Assembly: GCA_030590265.1 (NCBI GenBank)
Contig: JAUUYW010000001.1
Span: forward strand, 1 to 30,620
Direction: 5' to 3'
DNA from: Candidatus Krumholzibacteriia bacterium
GTDB lineage: Bacteria; Krumholzibacteriota; Krumholzibacteriia; LZORAL124-64-63
DNA: 30,620 nt
Made by a program: the position numbers and the translations under genes. The notes under the pieces were generated by a model. That model searched no databases, had not been told where the DNA came from, and was given only the letters and a program-made list of their open reading frames with translations. Shown here piece after piece: positions 9,215 to 17,307 of the stretch. Within the stretch, counting starts at the first letter, position 1. Each line of letters starts with the position of its first letter.

Positions 9215-9795
9215 AAACCATCATATTGGATAATTACGACAGCTTTACCTACAACCTGTTTCAGTTGGTGGCGGGATTGCAGGGTGGAATTGAACCCCAG
9301 GTGTTTCGAAATGACGCGGTTTCCCTAGCCGACCTGCAAGCGCTTGAGCCGAGCCACATCATCATATCTCCCGGCCCCGGCAACCCGATGAAGCGAGATT
9401 GTATGGGTGTTTGTCGGGATGTGATTTTGGCTCTGGGGTCTGACGTTCCGATTCTGGGCGTCTGCCTGGGGCATCTGGCCATCATTGAAGCCCTGGGCGG
9501 AATGGTTTTACCCTCCCCCGAACCCAGGCATGGAAAAACCAGCCCGATTTATCATGATGGAGTGGGAGTATTTTCCGGATTGCCTGATCCCCTGGAGGCC
9601 ATGCGATATCATTCCCTGGTTGGAGTCGATAAGGAGTTTCCCGAAGAATTGGAAGTGACCGCGCGCACCGCCGAGGGATTGATAATGGGATTGCAGCACA
9701 AAGAATGGCCCTTGCAGGGGGTCCAATTTCATCCGGAATCCATTGGAACTCCATTGGGCAAGACCATGCTGGAAAAATTTTTAGGCATTTCTTAA
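9211..9795 (+). CDS. pabA: Glutamine amidotransferase component II of aminodeoxychorismate/anthranilate synthase
   Basis: LDNYDSFTYNL, SPGPG, GVCLGH, MRYHSL, QFHPES. TTG start overlaps the pabB TGA (TTGA). Confidence 0.92.
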   Translation: MKTIILDNYDSFTYNLFQLVAGLQGGIEPQVFRNDAVSLADLQALEPSHIIISPGPGNPMKRDCMGVCRDVILALGSDVPILGVCLGHLAIIEALGGMVLPSPEPRHGKTSPIYHDGVGVFSGLPDPLEAMRYHSLVGVDKEFPEELEVTARTAEGLIMGLQHKEWPLQGVQFHPESIGTPLGKTMLEKFLGIS

Positions 9796-9836
9796 CTCCA
9801 ACTCACCAACTTGATCCCCCACCCCCGGCAAGTAAG

Positions 9837-11516
9837 TTATCGGTTGTACCCGGTTGGATGCCGCTCATGCCAATCCGTCGCATCCTGGTACACCTTGGCC
9901 ACCTGCAACACCGTGGCCTCGTCATACAATTCACCCACAAAACTTATTGAAAATGGCTTGTTCTCTTCCAGAAAACCCGAAGGCAAAACAACCTGGGGAT
10001 GGCCCGTCAAGTTGGTGATCATCAGGCTGGGACCTGCCAATGAAGGTGTCACATAAACATCCACCGATTCAAAAACCTGCTTCATCATGGCCTGCAACCG
10101 GACCCGGGCGCGGTTGGCCTGAATGTACTCCACGGCTGGAATGAACTGCGCGCTGCGAAAAATATCGGGCCAATCGTTGGGGCGCTGGCGAACCAGCAAA
10201 TCATCCCGGTTGCTGAGGGTCAGTTCCTGGAAAGCCGCACCTGCTTCTGCGGTGAGAATGATGATCAGATCCCAGGGATTGGGAACTCCAAAATCATCCA
10301 GAGGGAATTCGAGGGGTACCAGCTGGGCTCCTGCCTTACGCAGAACATCCAAAGCCTGATCATCCAGTTCGCTCCCACGGTGTTCTGATTCAAAAATACT
10401 TTTCAGATAACCGATGCGCAGACCATTCAACCCTTCATCCGCTGAGAAATTGAATGGCCGGTCTACAGTGGTGGGATCCTCAGGATCAACACCCCGAATG
10501 ACCTCAAAAACCAGGGCACAATCTTCAACGTTGCGAGTGATGGGCCCGATTTTGTCCATACTCCAGCTCAGGGCCATGGCGCCGTGTCGACTGACTCTGC
10601 CGAAGCTCGGGCGCAAGCCCGTAACCCCACAACGTGTGCTGGGTGAAACGATGCTGCCAAGAGTTTCGGTGCCCAGAGCAAAAGGAACCAAACCGGCTGC
10701 CACTGATGAAGCCGAGCCGGCAGATGAACCACTGCTGCCTTCCTCAAGATTCCAGGGATTGCGGGTTTGACCACCGAACCAGACATCGTCCATGGCCAGG
10801 GCGCCAAGGGTAAGTTTGGCCACCAGCACGGCGCCGGCAGCATCGAGCTTTTTGATGACCGTGGCTGTTTCGTCAAGCACTTGATCTTTGTAGGGAGTAG
10901 CTCCCCAGGTGGTCGGATAGCCTTCCACGGCCAGCAGATCTTTGGCTCCAAAGGGAATGCCGTGCAAAGGTCCCAGGTACTGGCCCGAGTCAAGCATCTC
11001 GTCCAGCTTGCGGGCACGATTGAGAGCCCGGTCTGTGGTCAGGGAAATCACACATTCCAGTTTGGGTCCGTATTGTTCCAGGCGGTTCAGGCTGAGTTGC
11101 ACAAGTTCGGTGCAACTGACCTGTCTGGTGCGGATCAAGTATCCCAACTCATGAACTGAATAAAATGCCAAGTCGTTCAAGATATTTGGGCGTTGGACCA
11201 TGGGATCAGGAGAAAATCGGGGTCCGATATCCTCAATATATGGGGCAGGATTAGCAATTTCAGGGTCAAAGCGAAGCGCCGGTCTTTCAGGATTATCCAA
11301 TTCCATGGCCCTCAAGGCCTGGTAGTTGTGCTGCTGGTCTTCCAGAGATGGTCGCATCATCTGTCGCTCGCTGGAAGTCATTTCCAGGTCCAAAAGAACC
11401 TCGGCAGAAGCAATGGCATTTTCCGAAGGACCAGTTGCTTCATGGTCAATTTTTTCGCCGCACCCAGTGAGCAGAAGTGCAGAAAGCAACAGAATGATTA
11501 CAGGACTGGATTTCAT
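9837..11516 (-). CDS. Amidase-signature family enzyme, lipoprotein
   Basis: LHGIPFGAKDL, TRNPWN...GSSGSSAGS, LGTETLGSIVSPSTRCG (Ser-cisSer-Lys triad region); lipobox LLTG|C. Confidence 0.9.
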   Translation of the reverse strand: MKSSPVIILLLSALLLTGCGEKIDHEATGPSENAIASAEVLLDLEMTSSERQMMRPSLEDQQHNYQALRAMELDNPERPALRFDPEIANPAPYIEDIGPRFSPDPMVQRPNILNDLAFYSVHELGYLIRTRQVSCTELVQLSLNRLEQYGPKLECVISLTTDRALNRARKLDEMLDSGQYLGPLHGIPFGAKDLLAVEGYPTTWGATPYKDQVLDETATVIKKLDAAGAVLVAKLTLGALAMDDVWFGGQTRNPWNLEEGSSGSSAGSASSVAAGLVPFALGTETLGSIVSPSTRCGVTGLRPSFGRVSRHGAMALSWSMDKIGPITRNVEDCALVFEVIRGVDPEDPTTVDRPFNFSADEGLNGLRIGYLKSIFESEHRGSELDDQALDVLRKAGAQLVPLEFPLDDFGVPNPWDLIIILTAEAGAAFQELTLSNRDDLLVRQRPNDWPDIFRSAQFIPAVEYIQANRARVRLQAMMKQVFESVDVYVTPSLAGPSLMITNLTGHPQVVLPSGFLEENKPFSISFVGELYDEATVLQVAKVYQDATDWHERHPTGYNR

Positions 11517-12745
11517 GCTACTTCATGCTCCCTCCCACACCGGGGACACCGCACCTTCGGCATCTTGAACCCAGGCGGGATTTTCAAAACAGTGCCGCAC
11601 TCACACTCAATGCGATCATACCCGTCCTTCTTGTAGAAAAAATCATCCACCAGACGCGCCCGACCACGCTTGTCATTGCGCACTCCCGCAGCAGCACCAG
11701 CCTGGTCGTTGCTCACGGCAGCACGCCGGCTGCCTTCACGAGCACCAGCTCCCGACAGTGCGGATTTGGGGATGACTCCCCCGCCACCTTTGACCTCCTG
11801 GTAGCTCTTGTCATAGTCAGCAAAACCGCTGCCGCCCATGGATCGCAGAATGCGCACTCGTTCGTCGATGGGCGGATGGGTGCTGGTGCCGTTGGCTGCC
11901 ATTTTCCCATCCCGAGCCAGAGGGTTGATGATGTACATGGGTGCGGTGGCCTTGTTGGCCGAAGCCAATTTGCTGGGTGCCTGGCTGATTTTTTCCAGAG
12001 CCGAAGCAAGGCCTTCGGGATACCGGGTGAAGGAGGCCGCAGAAGCATCCGCCAGGTATTCCCGCTTGCGCGAAACCGCAAAATAAATGAGCTGGGCCAT
12101 GATCGGAGCCAGAATCATCAGGACGATGGCCACCACCATGATGATGGCCTGGGCACCACCGCCGCCTTCACCTTCACTGCGACGGGAACGCCGACCACCG
12201 CCAAACCACATGCCACGCAATCCCACTTCCGAAAGCAGCACAATGGCACCGGCCAACACCCCGGCAAAGAGCATCAGTTGAATGTCTCGGTTGCGAACGT
12301 GGGCCAGTTCGTGGGCGATGACGCCCTGCAGCTCATCGCGGTTCAGGGATTTCAGCAATCCGCTGGTGACGGCCACCGCTGCATTTTCGGGTTTGCGCCC
12401 CGTGGCAAAAGCGTTGGGAGCAGGATCGTCGATGACATAGATATCCGGCATCTTGCCAAGGCCCGCCGCCAGAGTCATCTCTTCCACCACATTGAACAAA
12501 ACCGGCAGATCGTTCTTTTCGATCTTTTTGGCCTTGGCCATGGTCAGGTAGATGTTGTCACCCTGGAACCAGGCCACCAGAGTCATGATCAGCCAGATCA
12601 CCGAGGCCAGGGCTACCCCATAGAGACCGTAACCAGGACCACCAAAATATTCCGCCAGAAAATAACCCAGCACACCCAGCAGCAAAGCCATGCCGATGAC
12701 CAGGAAAGTGGATTTGCGCCTGTTGGCTGCGATTTGTTCCCACAT
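11513..12745 (-). CDS. htpX: HtpX-like M48 zinc metalloprotease with C-terminal zinc ribbon
   Basis: PNAFATG, HELAH, SRKREYLADA, LASALEKI, THPP; C-terminal CECG...CPRC. Start moved to ATG 12745, directly after the lemA stop. Confidence 0.9.
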   Translation of the reverse strand: MWEQIAANRRKSTFLVIGMALLLGVLGYFLAEYFGGPGYGLYGVALASVIWLIMTLVAWFQGDNIYLTMAKAKKIEKNDLPVLFNVVEEMTLAAGLGKMPDIYVIDDPAPNAFATGRKPENAAVAVTSGLLKSLNRDELQGVIAHELAHVRNRDIQLMLFAGVLAGAIVLLSEVGLRGMWFGGGRRSRRSEGEGGGGAQAIIMVVAIVLMILAPIMAQLIYFAVSRKREYLADASAASFTRYPEGLASALEKISQAPSKLASANKATAPMYIINPLARDGKMAANGTSTHPPIDERVRILRSMGGSGFADYDKSYQEVKGGGGVIPKSALSGAGAREGSRRAAVSNDQAGAAAGVRNDKRGRARLVDDFFYKKDGYDRIECECGTVLKIPPGFKMPKVRCPRCGREHEVA

Positions 12746-12746
12746 A

Positions 12747-13307
12747 TTAGCTGAAGTCCACCTTGGGGGCGGCGCGTTCGGCTTCGTCTTCAATTTCGAA
12801 GAACTTTTCTGCGGTGAAATTGAACATGCCGGCGATGATATTGCCCGGGAACATCTGCACCTTGTTGTTCATGCGCATGACCGTCTCGTTGTAGAATTGA
12901 CGGGAAAAACTGATTTTGTTTTCGGTGCTGGTCAGCTCTTCCTGAAGGGCCAGAAAATTGGTGCTGGCTTTCAGGTCGGGATAGGATTCGGACACGGCAA
13001 ACAGACGGCCGAGGGCACCGGTCAGTCCGGCTTCGGCAGCCATGCGTTGGTCCATGTTACCACCGGCGCCGGAAATGGCGGCACGGGCCTGGGTCACCGC
13101 TTCGAGGGTCTCGCGTTCGTGGTTCATGTAGCCTTTGACCGTCTCCAACAGGTTGGGGATCAGATCAAAACGACGCTTGAGCTGCACATCCACCTGGGCC
13201 CAGGCTTCTTTGACCTGGTTGCGCAGGCCCACCAATCCATTGTAAATACCCATCACCCAAAGAGCGACCGCGACGATCAAACCGAGCAGTACCAGAGCAA
13301 AAATCAT
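12747..13307 (-). CDS. lemA: LemA family protein
   Basis: Single N-terminal TM; [49 protein letters not shown]. Start moved to ATG 13307 (AAGG upstream). Confidence 0.95.
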   Translation of the reverse strand: MIFALVLLGLIVAVALWVMGIYNGLVGLRNQVKEAWAQVDVQLKRRFDLIPNLLETVKGYMNHERETLEAVTQARAAISGAGGNMDQRMAAEAGLTGALGRLFAVSESYPDLKASTNFLALQEELTSTENKISFSRQFYNETVMRMNNKVQMFPGNIIAGMFNFTAEKFFEIEDEAERAAPKVDFS

Positions 13308-13326
13308 TGTTTTACCTTTCGAATTA

Positions 13327-13701
13327 TCATTCCGGGAACATTCCGCAGAGGAATTCCCTGACTTCGGGCCGCACGTGCCAGCCTTCGTTCTGCAAATCAT
13401 GAGTCAGGTCGGACAGCTCGTTGCCGTCAAACCACAGACCACACCCATCGGGGCATTTGTCTATCATTACCCGACGACCTGGTCCGATATTCACCTTTTC
13501 CATTTTTCGTGGACAAACAGGGCAATGCCGAGGTTTTTCACTGGTTTTGGCTGGCTCCGAGTCAACCGCGTCGCCAGTGCCCAGCAAAAGTTCCAGCTCA
13601 CCACAATCGAACCACACACCTTGGCATTCGGGGCATAGATCGAGTTCAATATCCAGGTATTCCACCACAAAGGTGGGCACCTTGCAGACCGGGCATTTCA
13701 A
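13327..13701 (-). CDS. Tandem zf-TFIIB-type zinc-ribbon protein
   Basis: Two repeats CPVC...[16 protein letters not shown] and CPVC...[16 protein letters not shown]; TTG start with AAGG upstream. Confidence 0.85.
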   Translation of the reverse strand: MKCPVCKVPTFVVEYLDIELDLCPECQGVWFDCGELELLLGTGDAVDSEPAKTSEKPRHCPVCPRKMEKVNIGPGRRVMIDKCPDGCGLWFDGNELSDLTHDLQNEGWHVRPEVREFLCGMFPE

Positions 13702-13782
13702 ATGACACGCCTTTCAAAGGGCAGAGAGTTTCAGGTTGGAACCAATGTGGACCAGAGAAGGAAATCTGGCAACACCAATTCA

Positions 13783-13811
13783 GTGACAATGATCGTCAAT
13801 GGCGGTAGAAT
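13783..13811 (+). promoter_or_regulatory. Sigma70-type promoter for the ECF sigma gene, probably giving a leaderless mRNA
   Basis: GTGACA(13783-13788)-17 nt-TAGAAT(13806-13811); ATG 13819 follows after 7 nt and has no SD. Confidence 0.6.
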
Positions 13812-13818
13812 CCTATTC

Positions 13819-14484
13819 ATGAACAATGCCACCCAAAATAATCGGCCTTTGCGCCGGCCCGCCCCCAAGGACGAACTCAGCCTGGAAAAGGAATGGCTCG
13901 AATCCGCTTTGGTGGACCCGGAAGAGTTCGAATTTTTCTATGACAAGTATGCCGACCGCATCGGTCGATTCATCCATGTGCGCACCGGCGACAGCGAATT
14001 GAGCCGCGACCTGACCGCCCTGGTTTTCACCAAAGCTCTCTTTCATCTGCATGAATTCCAGTGGCAGGGGTTCACCCTGGGCTCATGGCTGTTTCGTATC
14101 GCCACCAATGAAATTCGCAAACACTACACCAAGGAAGCCCGCCTCAGCACGGTGGCCGGCGATGGCACCCAACAACTGGCCATGGATCCCAGCGAAGGTC
14201 AGCTGGACAGCCTGATCCTCTCCGAAGACCAGATGTTCATGTTCCAGTGCCTGCACAATTTGCCCGAGCAGGACCAGGATATTTTTATCCTGCACTATTG
14301 GGAAGGCCAGAAAACACGCGAAGTTGCCGATACGCTGGGAGTCAGCGAGAACACCGTCAAAACTCGGCTCGCCCGGGGTCGCATTCGTTTGCGCAGCATG
14401 ATGGAATGCCGTGAAACTCAATCTGACCTGAGCCCGGATCCCGATCTGCGTTTCGCCCACTGGGTCTGTGCCGATGATGACTGA
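13819..14484 (+). CDS. ECF (RpoE/sigma-24 family) RNA polymerase sigma factor
   Basis: Region 2 (FEFFYDKY...DLTALVFTK...SWLFRIATNE) and region 4 HTH (TREVADTLGVSENTVKTRLARGR). Start moved from 13702 to 13819. Confidence 0.9.
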   Translation: MNNATQNNRPLRRPAPKDELSLEKEWLESALVDPEEFEFFYDKYADRIGRFIHVRTGDSELSRDLTALVFTKALFHLHEFQWQGFTLGSWLFRIATNEIRKHYTKEARLSTVAGDGTQQLAMDPSEGQLDSLILSEDQMFMFQCLHNLPEQDQDIFILHYWEGQKTREVADTLGVSENTVKTRLARGRIRLRSMMECRETQSDLSPDPDLRFAHWVCADDD

Positions 14485-15637
14485 GATGTTGAAACCCACC
14501 AGTGAATATTTGCAGAAAATCGGCTTCACCAGCCCGGGTATTCTGGTCAATGAAATCCAGGCTCGGGCCAACATTCGCCTCATGAAAGATAAGGCCCGTC
14601 GGGCGGGGGTCCTTTTCCGTCCTCATTTCAAAACTCACCAAAGCGCCGATGTCGGCCGCTGGTTTGCCGATGAAGGAGTGGGTGCCATCACCGTTTCTTC
14701 GGTGGCCATGGCGGAGTATTTTGCCGCCCATGGCTGGGATGACATCACTGTTGCCTTTCTTTTGAATCCACTGGAATGGCCCCGCATTGAAGAGTTGGCT
14801 TGGGAATTGGCCAGACGGGGCGGGCAGTTGGCTCTGACTGTGGATTCTCCTGCAGCCGCGGCCAGCATTTCAGCACGGCCGGAAGTGCCTTTGAAAGTGT
14901 GGATCAAGGTTGATGCCGGGTATGGTCGCACCGGTGTTCACTGGCAGGATGAAACCACCTTGAAGGCCATCCTTGGAAATTTGCTGCCTTCGCGCCACCC
15001 GGTGGGTTTGCTCACTCACAGCGGAAACAGTTATCACGCCCAGTCGGTCCAGGAGATCACAACCATCTGGACACAAACCAGTCAAAGGCTGGAAGCTGTT
15101 GCTCATAGTCTCGATATGGCGGAAAAACTGTTGCTCTCAGTGGGCGATACACCAGGTTGTTGGTCAGTGGATAATCTTTCTGGTGTGCAGGAAATTCGGC
15201 CCGGCAATTTTGTCTTTTTTGACTTGATGCAATGGACCCAGGGAGTTTGTCAAATCCATGAACTGGCCGCTGCGGCGGTCTGCCCCGTGGTGGGATTGTA
15301 TCCCGAAAAAGGACGGGTTGTTGTGCACGGCGGAGCGGTTCATCTGTCCAGGGAATTCCTGGAAGGGACGGACGGAGAACCTGTTTTTGGCTATCTGGGC
15401 ACTTTGCAGATCCAGGACGATGGCTCCACCAGTCAGCAAATCCTGGAAAATCTTCCGGTCACTTCTTTATCACAGGAGCACGGGACCATTGAGGTTCCCA
15501 GTGGTTCCTACGAACAATATTTCAAAGAAATGAGCATTGGGGATCTGGTCTTGATCTGGCCGGTGCATTCTTGTTTGACCTGTGATTTGGCAAGTGAATT
15601 CAGGAATATGTCCGGAACAGTTTTGACCAAGAAATAA
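14474..15637 (+). CDS. DSD1/D-threonine aldolase-like PLP-dependent enzyme (alanine racemase fold III)
   Basis: RPHFKTH (PLP Lys), KVDAGYGRTG, EIRPGNFVFFD, SQEHG, HSC metal ligands. Overlaps the sigma stop; exact ATG (14474/14477/14486) uncertain. Confidence 0.85.
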   Translation: MMTEMLKPTSEYLQKIGFTSPGILVNEIQARANIRLMKDKARRAGVLFRPHFKTHQSADVGRWFADEGVGAITVSSVAMAEYFAAHGWDDITVAFLLNPLEWPRIEELAWELARRGGQLALTVDSPAAAASISARPEVPLKVWIKVDAGYGRTGVHWQDETTLKAILGNLLPSRHPVGLLTHSGNSYHAQSVQEITTIWTQTSQRLEAVAHSLDMAEKLLLSVGDTPGCWSVDNLSGVQEIRPGNFVFFDLMQWTQGVCQIHELAAAAVCPVVGLYPEKGRVVVHGGAVHLSREFLEGTDGEPVFGYLGTLQIQDDGSTSQQILENLPVTSLSQEHGTIEVPSGSYEQYFKEMSIGDLVLIWPVHSCLTCDLASEFRNMSGTVLTKK

Positions 15638-15667
15638 CCCCCTGCGGCTTTGAGGCCACAGGGGGTT
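15636..15667 (-). terminator. Intrinsic terminator between convergent genes
   Basis: On the minus strand AACCCCCTGTGGC-CTCAAA-GCCGCAGGGGGTT (one G.U pair) followed by ATTTCTT. Confidence 0.8.
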
Positions 15668-15696
15668 GCTATCACCCGAAGGCAACAGAATCGAAT

Positions 15697-16356
15697 TTAC
15701 CGGTACATGGTCTTCAAGCTGTCCCAGTTGGTCTCTTCGGTGCTAACGGCAGGATCACAAGTGTAACCACCAAGCACGAAAGGAGCATCCGAAGAAGCAT
15801 TATCCTCAGCGCCGTCCCAGGCGTTGGCTCCACTGAAAGTCCAGTCGTCGAGGATGAAAATATAACCAGGACCAGTTTGGGTCATGCGCTTGGCCCAACC
15901 ATCGAGGTATTCCCAAGGCTCGCCGTTGCCGTCGACATCTCTGTCACCAAAATAGTCCACAACCACAGGCTCATCGCCACCGATGTAGAACAGTTCAATA
16001 GCATCATCGCCGTTGATGGCCATGCTGTAGCCGTCACCGATGTAGTCGGTATCAAAACCAAACCAATCGAAGAAGGCAGTGGGGTTGGAGGAGTCTTCAT
16101 GGCTCAGGTAGAAAGTTGTGCCGGCAGCAATAAAATCGGCGGGGAAGACGTGCTCGACACCATCAGAGCCACCACCGTTGTTGGCGGAACCGACACCGTA
16201 AACGGACAGATCGGCGATGTCATCACACGCATAGAGCTCGATACCCTTGGGAACGCCACCGGGCAAAGTAGCATCGTAAACGCCAGTGATAACCAGTTGG
16301 GCAGCAGCAGGGCTGACCATGAGAACAAGGGCGAAAGTCAGGAGCAATTTTTTCAT
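15697..16356 (-). CDS. Secreted lamin-tail-domain-like protein with short C-terminal WxxxKxxYR motif
   Basis: Signal peptide MKKLLLTFALVLMVSPAAA; LTD-like KGIELY...DLSVY...NGDDAIELF...VDYFG; ends STEETNWDSLKTMYR. Start moved to ATG 16356 (GGAG upstream). Confidence 0.8.
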   Translation of the reverse strand: MKKLLLTFALVLMVSPAAAQLVITGVYDATLPGGVPKGIELYACDDIADLSVYGVGSANNGGGSDGVEHVFPADFIAAGTTFYLSHEDSSNPTAFFDWFGFDTDYIGDGYSMAINGDDAIELFYIGGDEPVVVDYFGDRDVDGNGEPWEYLDGWAKRMTQTGPGYIFILDDWTFSGANAWDGAEDNASSDAPFVLGGYTCDPAVSTEETNWDSLKTMYR

Positions 16357-16481
16357 GAGATTCTCCACATTTGGAAATGGCCACAAAGGGCCGACTCTTT
16401 GGTGTCAACACCATCACCACGCTTCCAAGAGCTTGAGCGCAATCCAAGCGCTGGAGCGAAAATGGTAAGATTACTGGAAAG

Positions 16482-16509
16482 ATTATACCATACTACAAGC
16501 TAAATGCAA
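16482..16509 (-). promoter_or_regulatory. Sigma70 promoter with extended -10 for the secreted protein gene
   Basis: TTGCAT(16509-16504)-16 nt-TATAAT(16487-16482), with TG at the extended -10 position. Confidence 0.7.
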
Positions 16510-16584
16510 AAGATATATCACCCTTAGGCAAAAATATTCAATTATTGGGCTAAATATGTGGTTTTTCATGAGATAACAGCTTCC

Positions 16585-16690
16585 AAAACAAAAAACCCCC
16601 GAACTTCTGATTTCAGGCAAGGGCCGAATTTTGCAGGTACGGCACCTTTATCGAAATCCAAGGACCCAGGGGTTTTTGTTTCTTCTTTAA
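16585..16690 (-). ncRNA. Candidate ~105-nt structured RNA (sRNA or attenuator leader), family not recognised
   Basis: Own near-consensus promoter; 5' AAACAAAAACCCC pairs with 3' GGGGUUUUUUGUUU; three internal hairpins (16645-16663, 16623-16643, 16604-16621); U-rich end. Confidence 0.45.
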
Positions 16691-16704
16691 TCAATGATTA
16701 TACT
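16676..16704 (+). promoter_or_regulatory. Possible sigma70 promoter for the thioesterase gene, overlapping the divergent promoter
   Basis: TTGTTT(16676-16681)-17 nt-TATACT(16699-16704). Confidence 0.45.
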
Positions 16705-16725
16705 AAATCAAAACTTCAGGGTCAA
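16697..16725 (-). promoter_or_regulatory. Near-consensus sigma70 promoter driving the candidate ncRNA
   Basis: TTGACC(16725-16720)-17 nt-TATAAT(16702-16697). Confidence 0.75.
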
Positions 16726-16773
16726 AATATTCCCTGCCATGTTCCCATCTTGCAAGAAAGGACACACCTAACA

Positions 16774-17307
16774 ATGCGCGACGATGACCAGATTTGGCTG
16801 GAGCAAATCCACCCAGGCACAGTCCCTGCGGACCTGCCCTTCCTCGCCCTGGAAGATACTTTTGTCTCCGGGGATCCTTCCAACCACCGTCTGAGCATTC
16901 GTTACTTCCAATGCGAGGATGACCGTTCCCTGCTGGGAAAGGTCATCTTCGGCCCTGGCACCCAAGGCCCGCCTGATCACGCCCACGGCGGCAGCATGGC
17001 CGCCCTGCTGGATGAAGCCATGGGCGGCAGCGCCTGGCTGGCCGGTTTCCCGGTGGTGGCGGCACAGTTGAACATCACCTTCCGCACCATGTTGCCTCTG
17101 GGAACCCGATGCCTGGTGAAAGCAAGAGTCCTGGAAGTGAATGGTCGCAAAATAAAAACTACAGCGGAATTGTGCAGCGCCCAGGATGGAAAAGTATTCT
17201 GCAAAGGAGAGGCACTGTTCGTAACCCTGGATCACGAAAAAATCGCACAGCTCTCCCACAAAGCCAAAGTCATCGTAGAGCGCATGAAGAAACGAGGTGG
17301 ATACTAG
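16774..17307 (+). CDS. PaaI/hotdog-fold thioesterase
   Basis: GPPDHAHGGSMAALLDEAMG, AQLNITFR, GRKI; start moved to ATG 16774 (AAGGAC upstream). Confidence 0.9.
   Translation: MRDDDQIWLEQIHPGTVPADLPFLALEDTFVSGDPSNHRLSIRYFQCEDDRSLLGKVIFGPGTQGPPDHAHGGSMAALLDEAMGGSAWLAGFPVVAAQLNITFRTMLPLGTRCLVKARVLEVNGRKIKTTAELCSAQDGKVFCKGEALFVTLDHEKIAQLSHKAKVIVERMKKRGGY

Noticed and set aside
9837-11516. Calling the amidase gatA
   Set aside because: It has a lipoprotein signal and N-terminal extension, and no gatB or gatC is adjacent.
11525-12754. Long antisense or alternate-frame ORFs (e.g. 11525-12754, 2037-2906, 3009-3737, 597-809, 18777-19745)
   Set aside because: They lie entirely within well-supported genes, show no recognisable motifs, and are typical shadows of GC-rich coding sequence.
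16401-16418. Fluoride-riboswitch-like GGTGATGGTGTTGACACC on the minus strand
   Set aside because: The loop is too long, the downstream UGAUGRC pseudoknot strand is missing, and the downstream gene is not a fluoride exporter.
16585-16690. Candidate ncRNA as tRNA-Sec, a UGA suppressor, or a SAM-I/c-di-GMP riboswitch
   Set aside because: It has no T-loop (TTCGANTC) or CCA in place and no proper anticodon arm. AAGGUGCC..ACCUGC resembles the SAM-I 3' part but the 5' core is absent, and the GEMM GGCAAA/GACGCAAA elements are missing.
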